This document shows positions 14,424-23,090 of a DNA stretch of 40,672 nucleotides, in pieces (within the stretch, counting starts at the first letter, position 1; every line of letters starts with the position of its first letter). Under the pieces are notes generated by a model that worked only from the letters and a program-made list of their open reading frames with translations, was not told the origin of the DNA and made no database searches. Source of the DNA: a virus; the IMG/VR virus record IMGVR_UViG_3300019758_000005, positions 1 through 40,672 of that record; one strand, given 5' to 3'. Made by a program: the position numbers and the translations under genes.

Positions 14424-15833
14424 ATGAGCGTTTCCACTACACATCCGAACTATAATGATTTCGTGCCAATCTGGAAGCGCACCGGCGATTGCGCAGAGGG
14501 CGAGCCTCGCATCAAAGCTGGCGGGGCATTCTACCTGCCTGCTGAATTCTCTAATGATACAGAGCGCTTTAACTACTATTTACAACGCGCCTATTTCCTT
14601 GGTGCGACTAAACAAGCCCTAGCCTCAATCGTGGGCATGGTCATGCGTAAGCCTGGTGAAGTTGAATTGCCGCCACGCCTTGAAGAGCTATCCGAGAATA
14701 TAGACGGTTCCGAGCGTTCTATTAATCAGATGGCGAAGTATTCAGTGACTGAGGTAGGCATTAAAGGCCGCATTGGCTATCTTGCGGACTATCCGCCGGC
14801 ACCCGAGGGCATTAGCAAAGAACAGCAGCGCTTAGGTGGCTATCGTCCGTATATGAAAGCTTATACGGCTGAATCCATTATCAATTGGCGCGAAGAGGTC
14901 ATCAATGGCCGTAATATGCTAACAATGGTTGTGCTTAAAGAACAGGTAGAAGACAACGATCTAGACGAGTTCGCCCACAAATTTGAAGATCAATATCGAG
15001 TATTACGCCTGCGTGATGGCGTTTACACTCAACAGCTATACGATAAAGACGGCACGGCAGGCGAGGAGCTGGTAGTGCGCCAAGGCGGTAAGCCGATGGA
15101 TCACATTCCCTTCTATTTCGCAGGTGCTGAAAATAATCAGCCTGATTGCGATATGCCTTTGATGTATGAGATTGCCACGCTTGATTTGGCTTACTACCAG
15201 ACAACTGCTGACCATCGTGAGAACTTGCACCAGCAGGGGCAGATTACCGTAGGCGTGGCCACAGAATACGATCCAGAAGTATGGAAAGAAGCCAACCCTA
15301 GTGGTTTCAAAGTTGGCGCTCGCACAGTTACAAATCTTGGCCCAGGGGGTTCATTCTCGTCTGTGTCAGTGCCGCCAATTACTGGCATTAGTAACGAACT
15401 TGACTACCTAAAGCAGACCATTATCGGCGCAGGTGGTAAGATCATCCAGAAGAGTGGTCAAGCTGAAACAGCAGAAGCTACTCGTATTAATGCCAGCGCT
15501 CAAAACAGTATGCTTGAAACGATGGTTGATAATATCTCAGAGGCCATGCGCTTATGTTTGAAGGAATTAGCCGCATTCATGGGTGAAACTGGCGAAGTGG
15601 TATTTGAGCTAAACAAAGACTTCTTTGATGACTCACTCGATGCAAACGTGATCAACGCAGTAACAAGTATGCAAGCCGCTGGCGTTATTGCTAAGCGCGA
15701 CACTCGTTACATGTTACGTCAAGGCCGTATTGCAATCGAGGAGGGGCGCACGGATGAAGATATTGATCTTGATATTGCCAGTGAGGTTGCACTACCTGAT
15801 GAACCTTCCGAGGCTTCTGCACCGCTAGAATAG
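14424..15833 (+). CDS. Portal protein (DUF4055-like N-terminus)
   Basis: 469 aa in the position after the terminase genes. The N-terminal YNDFVPIWKRTGDCAEGEPRIK..YLP pattern is recalled from DUF4055-type portals. Confidence 0.7.
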   Translation: MSVSTTHPNYNDFVPIWKRTGDCAEGEPRIKAGGAFYLPAEFSNDTERFNYYLQRAYFLGATKQALASIVGMVMRKPGEVELPPRLEELSENIDGSERSINQMAKYSVTEVGIKGRIGYLADYPPAPEGISKEQQRLGGYRPYMKAYTAESIINWREEVINGRNMLTMVVLKEQVEDNDLDEFAHKFEDQYRVLRLRDGVYTQQLYDKDGTAGEELVVRQGGKPMDHIPFYFAGAENNQPDCDMPLMYEIATLDLAYYQTTADHRENLHQQGQITVGVATEYDPEVWKEANPSGFKVGARTVTNLGPGGSFSSVSVPPITGISNELDYLKQTIIGAGGKIIQKSGQAETAEATRINASAQNSMLETMVDNISEAMRLCLKELAAFMGETGEVVFELNKDFFDDSLDANVINAVTSMQAAGVIAKRDTRYMLRQGRIAIEEGRTDEDIDLDIASEVALPDEPSEASAPLE

Positions 15834-15899
15834 CTATGTTATTATTAGTGTATAAGACATGGCAGGTGCCATGTCAAGCATTATTTATCAGGGGATAAA

Positions 15900-16550
15900 A
15901 TGCCATTACAAATTGAACACGAAGGTAAACAATTAACCGTTTACACGCAAAAAGAATTAGATACCGAAGTTGCTGGACTTAAAACAACCAATGCCAACTT
16001 AAAAGCAGAGAAAACCGCCGAGATCGAAAAGGCGCGTGAAGCAAACGAACAAAAGCTAGCAGCAGAAGAAGCAGCAGCAAAAGCGCAAGGCGATACAGAA
16101 GCGCTTAAACGCATTTCTGAGCAGCGCGAGCAAGAAGCCAAAGCCAAGCTAAACGAGTTTAAGGCCACTATTCAAGCCGAGAAAGTAACCAACATGATTA
16201 ACAAGGTTACTGATACATTAGGTGCGACTGGTCAGAAGAAAGAAGATTTAGAGGTGCTAATTAAAGCACGTTATGAATTCGGATATGACATGGACGCACA
16301 CGCTGCCACCGTACGAGGCGAGGGTGTGTCAAGTGTCGACGATGTTATAAAAGTCATCAAAGAGAGTGGGCGTTATGATGCTTACTTGCCAGGTGACGGT
16401 TCCACAGGCGGAGGTTCGCAGGGGAACAATGGAGCGGGTGCTTCCACACGTAAATTTAGTGATTACACAAGTAATGAGCTGGTCGCGCTTAAACGCACTG
16501 ATCCGGCTGCATATGAAAAACTACGAAGCACCGCTTCACACCTAAACTAA
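15900..16550 (+). CDS. Scaffolding protein
   Basis: 216 aa, rich in Ala/Glu/Lys with coiled-coil character (KAEKTAEIEKAREANEQKLAAEEAAAKAQ). Lies between the portal and major capsid genes. Confidence 0.7.
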   Translation: MPLQIEHEGKQLTVYTQKELDTEVAGLKTTNANLKAEKTAEIEKAREANEQKLAAEEAAAKAQGDTEALKRISEQREQEAKAKLNEFKATIQAEKVTNMINKVTDTLGATGQKKEDLEVLIKARYEFGYDMDAHAATVRGEGVSSVDDVIKVIKESGRYDAYLPGDGSTGGGSQGNNGAGASTRKFSDYTSNELVALKRTDPAAYEKLRSTASHLN

Positions 16551-16560
16551 GGAGCCACTA

Positions 16561-17571
16561 ATGGCAACAACGCAATTAATAGACGTTATTGACGTAACAG
16601 TCTTTCAAGATTTACCATCTGTTAACTCTCCGGAGAAAACAGCTTTTTATGAGTCGGGCGTAGCCGTTCGCACTCCGTTACTTGACAATCTAGCTAACGC
16701 AGCAGGTAAGAAAGCCGAGCTACCATTCTGGACTGACATCGACGCATCTATTGATGCAAATATTTCAAGCGATGATCCAGCAGTATTGGCAGCCGCTCAG
16801 AAGATCGAGCAAGGCGAACAAATCAGCCGCAAAGCGATGTTAAACAAAGGCTTATCAGCTTCTGATTTAGCAACTGAGTTGGCCATGGGCGAGAACGCCA
16901 TGCAGCACATTCGTAACCGTGTTGACACCTACTGGACTCGTCAATGGCAGCGTCGCTTGATTGCAGCTTGTGATGGCGTACTAGCTGACAACATCTCAAA
17001 CGATGGCGGTGACATGGTTGTAGACGTAGCTTCTGAATCAATCGCTGGCCAGTCTGCTGCGACTAAATTCAGCCGTTCTAACTTCACTGCTGCTGCGTTC
17101 ACTTTAGGCGATGCGTTCACTAATACCGGTGCAATCGCTGTTCACTCTCAAGTGTACAAGCAAATGGTTGACGCTGATGACATCGACTTCATCCCTGACT
17201 CACAAGGTCAAATGACTATCCCAACTTACATGGGCAAACGTGTAGTAGTTGACGATGGCATGACTGTTACTGCTGGCTCAACTGATGGCTTCAAATATAC
17301 AACTGTATTGTTTGGCGCTGGCGCATTCGGTTATGGCGAAGGTATGCCAGAATACCCAGTTGAACTACAACGCTCAGAAGCAGGCGGCAACGGTGGTGGT
17401 ATCTCTACCCTATGGACTCGTAAGACCCAAATCTTGCATCCGTTCGGTTTCCAGCATACTGGCACTCCAGCTGGTGACTCGTTCACAATTGCTGAGCTTA
17501 AACTTGCAACAACTTGGAATCGTGTTGTAGACCGTAAGTTAGTACCGTTGGCGTTCTTAATCACCAACTAA
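16561..17571 (+). CDS. Major capsid protein
   Basis: 336 aa, directly after the scaffold gene and followed by a strong terminator. RBS AAGGAG. Confidence 0.75.
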   Translation: MATTQLIDVIDVTVFQDLPSVNSPEKTAFYESGVAVRTPLLDNLANAAGKKAELPFWTDIDASIDANISSDDPAVLAAAQKIEQGEQISRKAMLNKGLSASDLATELAMGENAMQHIRNRVDTYWTRQWQRRLIAACDGVLADNISNDGGDMVVDVASESIAGQSAATKFSRSNFTAAAFTLGDAFTNTGAIAVHSQVYKQMVDADDIDFIPDSQGQMTIPTYMGKRVVVDDGMTVTAGSTDGFKYTTVLFGAGAFGYGEGMPEYPVELQRSEAGGNGGGISTLWTRKTQILHPFGFQHTGTPAGDSFTIAELKLATTWNRVVDRKLVPLAFLITN

Positions 17572-17579
17572 TTAGAATA

Positions 17580-17600
17580 GCCCCCGCAAGGGGGCGTTTT
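17580..17600 (+). terminator. Rho-independent terminator after the capsid gene
   Basis: GCCCCC-gcaa-GGGGGC followed by gTTTT. Confidence 0.8.
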
Positions 17601-17610
17601 AGGGTAAAAC

Positions 17611-17808
17611 ATGGCAGAATTAAACAAAGATGGCCTAATAGTAGGTCAAGAAGTAGATTTTACAACCATCATGCGAATTAACCGCGAACGCAAACAAGAG
17701 GGCGTAAAGAATGACAACACTGATAAGCCCGACCTATGCGACGCCGGAAACTCAGATCTACCAGTCGTACAAAAAACAGCACGACCGAAAAAGACGAAAA
17801 AGTCATAA
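17611..17808 (+). CDS. Small basic hypothetical protein (65 aa)
   Basis: Track ORF with a weak RBS. Its last 98 nt overlap the next ORF out of frame, so its reality is uncertain. Confidence 0.35.
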   Translation: MAELNKDGLIVGQEVDFTTIMRINRERKQEGVKNDNTDKPDLCDAGNSDLPVVQKTARPKKTKKS

Positions 17809-18340
17809 CCCTGGTTTTATAGTTAGTTATCCATACGTCACAAACTTCGTTCCAGGCTACTTAGATCCTGAAAACTGGGCTGTAGCTGACCCTGATGGCT
17901 CAGTTATCAATACAGAAATAGATAACCCGAGTGATTCAAATATCGCTGGATTGTGCAGTATCACCAGTGGGAACTTAACAATACTCACAACCTTCAGTTC
18001 TTTTAATTCTCTTTCTGGTGAAAAAATATATATGTGTCTCATTGTCAAGAATATAGATGCTGAAAATATATTTGTTCGATTCCAGAGTGATGCAGGAATA
18101 GCCGATCAAACTCAGGTGAGCTTGACGACACTATCAAAAGTGACAGGTGGATCAAATATACTGACCCAAGATCTATCAAATGGGTTTAGCTTGTTGCAGA
18201 TTGAATATGTGACTATTAGCGACTTAATAAACGCGGATGTCTTGGTTTATTTAAATGGAGATGGAGGTTCTGTTTATTTACAAGCTGCATTTTTCGGAAA
18301 GGCTGACGACTTCCCAGCTAACGTGATGCCAACGCTATGA
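17711..18340 (+). CDS. Structural protein with jelly-roll-like domain (paralogous to the insertion in the 25900 gene)
   Basis: GEKIYMCLIVKNIDAEN, DLSNGFSLLQIEY and YLQAAFFGKADDFPA match GDKVYMSILVKPEDTSG, DLDNGFLLWECFY and YVQATFFGKADDWPA in ORF 25900-27036. ATG 17711 is the only start in this frame (RBS GAGGG). Confidence 0.6.
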   Translation: MTTLISPTYATPETQIYQSYKKQHDRKRRKSHNPGFIVSYPYVTNFVPGYLDPENWAVADPDGSVINTEIDNPSDSNIAGLCSITSGNLTILTTFSSFNSLSGEKIYMCLIVKNIDAENIFVRFQSDAGIADQTQVSLTTLSKVTGGSNILTQDLSNGFSLLQIEYVTISDLINADVLVYLNGDGGSVYLQAAFFGKADDFPANVMPTL

Positions 18341-19149
18341 GAGTGCCATCAATATTACAAGGGCTACCTGATGACCTGCTGACCAGTTATGTGGTTGAAA
18401 AGAGACTGGTTAAAGTCTACTCAGAAGACTATCTGTCTCTAATATCGAAAGGTCAGATAGCTGGCCACAAAATGCTCTATGTGAATTCAAACGCTGAGAT
18501 TATAGGTGCCACTGAAAAATTAATTTGGCCGTTTGATAGTGCTTACGTTTACAATGACACGCCAGCTACATTGTATTTATCCAGTACTAGCGCTGGGGAT
18601 GCTGGTTCTGTATTAATTGAATGGCTAGACTCTGATTATAAGCAGCAAACATCTGTAGTTGCTCTCAATGGCCAGACACCAGTGGCGTTTGCACTGGGCG
18701 TAGGGTTAAGGGTTAACAAATGCAGAGCCATCGGTTCTATAACTCCAACAACTGGCGACGTTTATATCTCGAGAGAGAATAATCACACTGCTGGTGTGCC
18801 CAACAATACGGCCTCAATACTTAGTGCGTTTAAGGCAACATCACAAACCAGTAACCTTGCTGCATTCACAGTGCCAGCGGATAAAACTTTATTTGGTGTA
18901 ACCGGTTACTTTAGTGCGCCAAAGGGCAGGGACAACGACTTCTACTGGAACGTTAGAAACCCAACACTTGGCATTCCGCCAACTCGCACAAACGTGGTTA
19001 GCGTGTACCAAAGTACAATAGAAGTTGATTTTGCTTTGACTGCTATTCCAGAGAAAACAGACGCTTATTTTTCAGCCAATACTCAGACATCTAGTGGCCG
19101 TGTTAGTTGTCGAGTTGTTGGTGTACTGGTTGATAACGAATATTTATAG
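18337..19149 (+). CDS. Hypothetical virion protein
   Basis: 270-aa ORF, ATGA-coupled to the upstream gene, inside the head/connector block. Confidence 0.6.
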   Translation: MRVPSILQGLPDDLLTSYVVEKRLVKVYSEDYLSLISKGQIAGHKMLYVNSNAEIIGATEKLIWPFDSAYVYNDTPATLYLSSTSAGDAGSVLIEWLDSDYKQQTSVVALNGQTPVAFALGVGLRVNKCRAIGSITPTTGDVYISRENNHTAGVPNNTASILSAFKATSQTSNLAAFTVPADKTLFGVTGYFSAPKGRDNDFYWNVRNPTLGIPPTRTNVVSVYQSTIEVDFALTAIPEKTDAYFSANTQTSSGRVSCRVVGVLVDNEYL

Positions 19150-19156
19150 GTGATAT

Positions 19157-19582
19157 ATGGCACTAATAGGCTACGTAACAACAGAAGCATATGAGGCGGC
19201 GGCAGCGGCTAGGGGTATCACCCTAACCAAAGACTCGGCGCAAATGCTTACGCTTGCACTTGACTATATGCAATTGCAATCATACAAAGGTGAAAAAACA
19301 GACCCTAATCAGTCTCTTGCATTTCCCCGCGACGGCAGCACAGAGATTCCACCAGACATTATTGGGGCGCAAATACAGGCGGCTGTAATTTATGACCAAG
19401 GCGGCGACCCTATTGGCACAGTCGGCCCACGAGTAATTGAGAACACCGTACACGGCGCAGTGACACAGCGCTTTAGCGACTCAGGCACAAGCACGCCAAT
19501 CTACCGCAAGCTTAATGCAGCTTTGCGACCGTTCTTATCGAATGGTGGCTCAGGACTGCAAATGGTGGCTACTCGTGGCTGA
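19157..19582 (+). CDS. Head-tail adaptor (gp6 / DnaT_2-like)
   Basis: The ALDYMQLQSYKGEKTDPNQSLAFPRDG pattern (..LaFPR.G) is typical of gp6-like connectors as I recall them. Position is consistent. Confidence 0.5.
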   Translation: MALIGYVTTEAYEAAAAARGITLTKDSAQMLTLALDYMQLQSYKGEKTDPNQSLAFPRDGSTEIPPDIIGAQIQAAVIYDQGGDPIGTVGPRVIENTVHGAVTQRFSDSGTSTPIYRKLNAALRPFLSNGGSGLQMVATRG

Positions 19583-19922
19583 TTTCTATGACAATATGCA
19601 AGGCGTGGCCACTGAGCTTTTGACTGAGTTTAATCAAGGCTCTATGTCATACAATTACATTACGGGCGGCACAAGCCCGTTTGATGGGCCTGCTACAGCT
19701 ACAGCGGTTCCATTTAAAGGCACTGCTACTGGTGTTGCGTTTAAATACCGTAATGACCTTGTGACGGCTTCTGATATTGAAATTACGGCGGCTGTGTTTG
19801 ATCCTGCACCACTACCTAATGGCACTGTGACTATTGACGGAACAGAGCGCCAAATCCTATCAGTGATGGCAATCCCCGCCGCTGGCACCCCTTCCATATA
19901 TAAAATATTTGTCAAAGGCTAA
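19575..19922 (+). CDS. Hypothetical head-tail joining protein
   Basis: Track ORF 19515-19922. GTG 19575 is preferred (RBS GGTGG, overlaps the upstream stop). ATG 19542 and ATG 19596 are alternatives. Confidence 0.5.
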   Translation: MADFYDNMQGVATELLTEFNQGSMSYNYITGGTSPFDGPATATAVPFKGTATGVAFKYRNDLVTASDIEITAAVFDPAPLPNGTVTIDGTERQILSVMAIPAAGTPSIYKIFVKG

Positions 19923-19937
19923 TCTTTGGGCTAGTAT
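19909..19937 (+). promoter_or_regulatory. Sigma70-type promoter (TTGTCA-N17-TAGTAT) inside the late block
   Basis: -35 at 19909-19914 and -10 at 19932-19937. The inverted repeat AGTATC-atggac-GATACT (19933-19950) overlaps the -10. Confidence 0.5.
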
Positions 19938-19967
19938 CATGGACGATACTGACTAAAGGAGAGTAAA

Positions 19968-20291
19968 ATGGCAAAACTAACACGCGAACAAGTAGCACAG
20001 CTTAGTGATGTAGAGCTTAATCGGGGTATAGCTTGGTGTTATCCAACAGATGGGTGCGTATGGAATGATGGTTTCTTTCATTACTGCTCATTAAAAGGTG
20101 CATTGAATTACCTAGCCGACTACAACCTGACTATGCCGCTGGCGGTTAAGTATAGACTTTGTATACAACCAGCAAAAGCAAGCCCTGACGCATGGCTTAG
20201 CTATGATAAACACGGCGCATCATCATTTATGCGTGCAAACCCACTACGCGCAATCTGCGAAGTACTGTTAATGATAGCTATGGAGAAATAG
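19968..20291 (+). CDS. DUF2591 / phage ABA-sandwich-like protein
   Basis: N-terminal LSDVELNRGIAWCY and the overall size resemble that phage family, from memory. Confidence 0.45.
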   Translation: MAKLTREQVAQLSDVELNRGIAWCYPTDGCVWNDGFFHYCSLKGALNYLADYNLTMPLAVKYRLCIQPAKASPDAWLSYDKHGASSFMRANPLRAICEVLLMIAMEK

Positions 20292-20293
20292 AC

Positions 20294-20521
20294 ATGACTC
20301 TAACAACTATCGAAGGCATATTTGAATCAAAGACTCAATTCACCCTTATAACAGGCTCAAAACCAAGTAAGATATTAATGGACAAAGCCACTTATAATTT
20401 GTTTTACGCAAATGAGCTATCACTGAACCCAGAATCAGTAATGTATAAGGATTATACCAGTGGGTCAATCTTGGTTTTCGGCATGCCCATTTATAAATCA
20501 GACAGGAGCTGCATATTATGA
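20294..20521 (+). CDS. Hypothetical protein
   Basis: 75-aa track ORF, tightly packed with its neighbours. Confidence 0.5.
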   Translation: MTLTTIEGIFESKTQFTLITGSKPSKILMDKATYNLFYANELSLNPESVMYKDYTSGSILVFGMPIYKSDRSCIL

Positions 20522-20724
20522 CCACATTCTGGCCAAAACGAGACGAAGACGGGCGACATATTAGCGAGCCAAAACCACTATCCGAACTAATAGCAAAACT
20601 CGACCCTGATGTTGTTGAGCGGGCGCGGGCGGATGTTGATAATGAATTGAAGTGCGCCAAGTGCGATGGGTATCAGATAATTGCATTAGATGGCGAAATA
20701 TACAATTGCGAGTGCACAGAATGA
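20518..20724 (+). CDS. Small protein with C-terminal Cys cluster
   Basis: 68 aa ending CAKCDGYQ...YNCECTE. ATGA coupling on both sides. Confidence 0.5.
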   Translation: MTTFWPKRDEDGRHISEPKPLSELIAKLDPDVVERARADVDNELKCAKCDGYQIIALDGEIYNCECTE

Positions 20725-21746
20725 CAATCAACCTAGACCTAATCGCAAGCCGCCAAGAGTCCGCAATGTTGCGCGCATTCACTCAGGCCATTAGCGATAT
20801 AAAAAACAGCACTAAGCTGTCCGAATTAGAGCGCCTTATTTCGGACAATGATATTGATGGAGCCATTCGCCTACTTGGCCTAGAACCCGCATCTTTTGAG
20901 GGTTTAGAGGAGGAGATATACCAAGCCTATCGTACAGGAGGGTTGACAGGAGCGGCCCAAATTTGGTCTGTTCCAACCCAGATTGGGACTCTTTCTATGA
21001 ACTTCAATATTTCAGCGCCCGCAGCTGTTGAATGGGTACGCAATCAGTCTAGCCAATTTATTACTGAGATGGCCGAAGGCCAGCAACAACTTGTTCGTGA
21101 AGTGATAGCTACCAACTTAGACAAGGGCATCAATCCTAGACAGTCTGCACTTGACCTAATCGGGCGCGTGAACGACGCAGGCAAGCGTACAGGCGGTAAC
21201 ATAGGGCTAACAACACAACAGGCCGGATGGGTTAGTAAAGCCCGTGAAGAGCTACAGAGCATCGATAAGAACTATCTATCCCGTGACTTGCGAGACAAGC
21301 GGTTTGACTCGCTAGTGCAGAAAGCCATTGCTGATGGTAAGCCACTAACCAAAGCGCAGATTGATAACGCTATTACTCAAATGCAGAACAAGACCTTGAA
21401 GTACCGCGGTGACGTTATTGCGCGTACTGAGTCTATCAATGCACTGCGTGCTGGCCAGCATGAATCGCTAATGCAGGCAGCCGACAAGGGCGACGGCTCG
21501 CGGGATGATGTTAAGCGTTTTTGGGATGCCAGTGGTGATAAGCGCACACGACTAGACCATTTATTAATGGAAGACCAAGAACGCACTGGTGATGCACCGT
21601 TTACGTTCCCTGATGGATCACAGGCACGATTCCCTGGTGACAACAGTCTAGGCGCACCAGCCAAGCAGCTTATTCAGTGCCGTTGCCGTGAGCGCATAGA
21701 GATTGATTTTATAGGTCGACTGAAAAGAATTGACGGGTTTAGGTAG
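20721..21746 (+). CDS. Head morphogenesis protein, MuF / SPP1 gp7 family
   Basis: C-terminal FWDASGDKRTRLDHL...FTFPDG...PGD...LIQCRCRE matches the MuF signature (..H.nCRC). Start set at ATG 20721 (ATGA overlap). Confidence 0.75.
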   Translation: MTINLDLIASRQESAMLRAFTQAISDIKNSTKLSELERLISDNDIDGAIRLLGLEPASFEGLEEEIYQAYRTGGLTGAAQIWSVPTQIGTLSMNFNISAPAAVEWVRNQSSQFITEMAEGQQQLVREVIATNLDKGINPRQSALDLIGRVNDAGKRTGGNIGLTTQQAGWVSKAREELQSIDKNYLSRDLRDKRFDSLVQKAIADGKPLTKAQIDNAITQMQNKTLKYRGDVIARTESINALRAGQHESLMQAADKGDGSRDDVKRFWDASGDKRTRLDHLLMEDQERTGDAPFTFPDGSQARFPGDNSLGAPAKQLIQCRCRERIEIDFIGRLKRIDGFR

Positions 21747-21758
21747 TGGTGCTAGGCT
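21730..21758 (+). promoter_or_regulatory. Sigma70-type promoter P6 (TTGACG-N17-TGcTAGGCT), GGTGCTA family
   Basis: -35 at 21730-21735, inside the end of the MuF gene. -10 at 21753-21758, just after its stop and preceded by GGTGC. Confidence 0.5.
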
Positions 21759-21782
21759 GGGTTAAACCATTGGAGTAACGAC

Positions 21783-22238
21783 ATGACAACCCTAGCCTAC
21801 AGCCGCAAAGAAAACGTGATAGCCGTTGATAGCCGATGCACTAGCGGAGGCATAGCGATTAGCAATAAATCAAACAAATGGATAACCAAGGGGCAGAACG
21901 TTTATTTCTTCTGCGGTGATGTGGCAGACGTTGAGCGATTAGTTGACCTTATCGAAGATGGCATAGAACAGCTAGATGAAGGCGAGCACCTAGATGCCAC
22001 CGTTATTCTGGCGCTACCTGAGCCAATGACTTTTTACGTTGATGATTCTATTATCAAGACCTATAAGCTGCATTATGATGATTACACAGCTTATGGCACT
22101 GGCGCACCTTGGGCTTTATCCGCATTTGATCACGGAGCCACCGCTAAAAAGGCCGTCGAATACGCCATGACCCGCGACATATACACAGGCGGCAAGGTGG
22201 TACAATATGACCTAACAAAGCAGAGGTTTAAGAAGTGA
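21783..22238 (+). CDS. HslV / proteasome-beta-like N-terminal-Thr hydrolase
   Basis: Starts MTT. Collinear by eye with E. coli HslV: VIAVDSR, SNKSNKW, FFCGDVADVE, YGTGAPWA, RDIYTGG. RBS GGAG. Its stop overlaps the next GTG start. Confidence 0.75.
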   Translation: MTTLAYSRKENVIAVDSRCTSGGIAISNKSNKWITKGQNVYFFCGDVADVERLVDLIEDGIEQLDEGEHLDATVILALPEPMTFYVDDSIIKTYKLHYDDYTAYGTGAPWALSAFDHGATAKKAVEYAMTRDIYTGGKVVQYDLTKQRFKK

Positions 22239-22645
22239 CCTTCACCGCAAGTATAGACAAATTCATTGCCAAGTCTGAGGCTAAGCTCGAGGCCGTAGTC
22301 AAGACTGCTGTGCAAGATACAATCAACGAAGCGCAGACAATAGACGATAAGGGCGGCTTTATGCGGTTCGACACTGGCTTTCTTGCTAATAGCGGCATGG
22401 CTTCTATTGGTACATTGCCAGTTGGCGAGAGCAAAAACCCAGGTATTCAGCTACCAGAATGGAATCCACAATCAATAGCAGCTGCATTATTACAATGGGA
22501 CTTAAACAGCCCTTTCTATTTTGGATGGGTTGCAAACTACGCCAGAGCGCGTGAAAACAAAGACGGATTCATGAGACGAGCGGCGCAGAATTGGCCGCAG
22601 CATGTTAATAAGGCAGTGGCTAAGGTTAAGGCGGCGAGTAAATAA
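22235..22645 (+). CDS. HK97 gp10-like tail completion / head-tail joining protein
   Basis: FIAKSEAKLEAVVKTAVQDTINEAQ...DTGFLANSG fits the gp10 family pattern. GTG start with RBS AGAGG. Confidence 0.6.
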   Translation: MTFTASIDKFIAKSEAKLEAVVKTAVQDTINEAQTIDDKGGFMRFDTGFLANSGMASIGTLPVGESKNPGIQLPEWNPQSIAAALLQWDLNSPFYFGWVANYARARENKDGFMRRAAQNWPQHVNKAVAKVKAASK

Positions 22646-23037
22646 TGCAAACAAACTCAGATATATATCAAGCGTTTATTGAGAAAATCAACACAGCCTT
22701 CGGCAATGATTTCAGAATTAGCTATGAGGGCTACAGTTTTACGCCCCCAAGTAATGGTATTTGGCTAGAGCTTAAACACTTTCCGAATACTGGCATTGAT
22801 CAATCTTTGTCCAGCAATACGGTATTAGCTCAAGGTTTATTCCAAGTAACTGCAAAGAGTCGCAAGGAGAAGGGCATCAAGCATATTTACAATACATGCA
22901 ATTTGGTACAGGCTGAATTTCCAAAGAACACAATAATCGCTGGCACATGCCGAGTGAGTGCTGTACCTTACCAGTCTAGCCCACTAACAGAAGACGACCG
23001 CATATCGGTTGGGCTTACCATTCCCTACTCTGAATAG
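22645..23037 (+). CDS. Tail terminator-like protein (DUF4128-like)
   Basis: 130 aa immediately upstream of the tail tube gene. The IYQAFIEKINTAF... pattern resembles DUF4128 / gpU-type proteins, from memory. Confidence 0.5.
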   Translation: MQTNSDIYQAFIEKINTAFGNDFRISYEGYSFTPPSNGIWLELKHFPNTGIDQSLSSNTVLAQGLFQVTAKSRKEKGIKHIYNTCNLVQAEFPKNTIIAGTCRVSAVPYQSSPLTEDDRISVGLTIPYSE

Positions 23038-23090
23038 CTAGCTTTAATTATGGTATCATTGGCTTACATTTAAACCAATGAGGAAAACCC

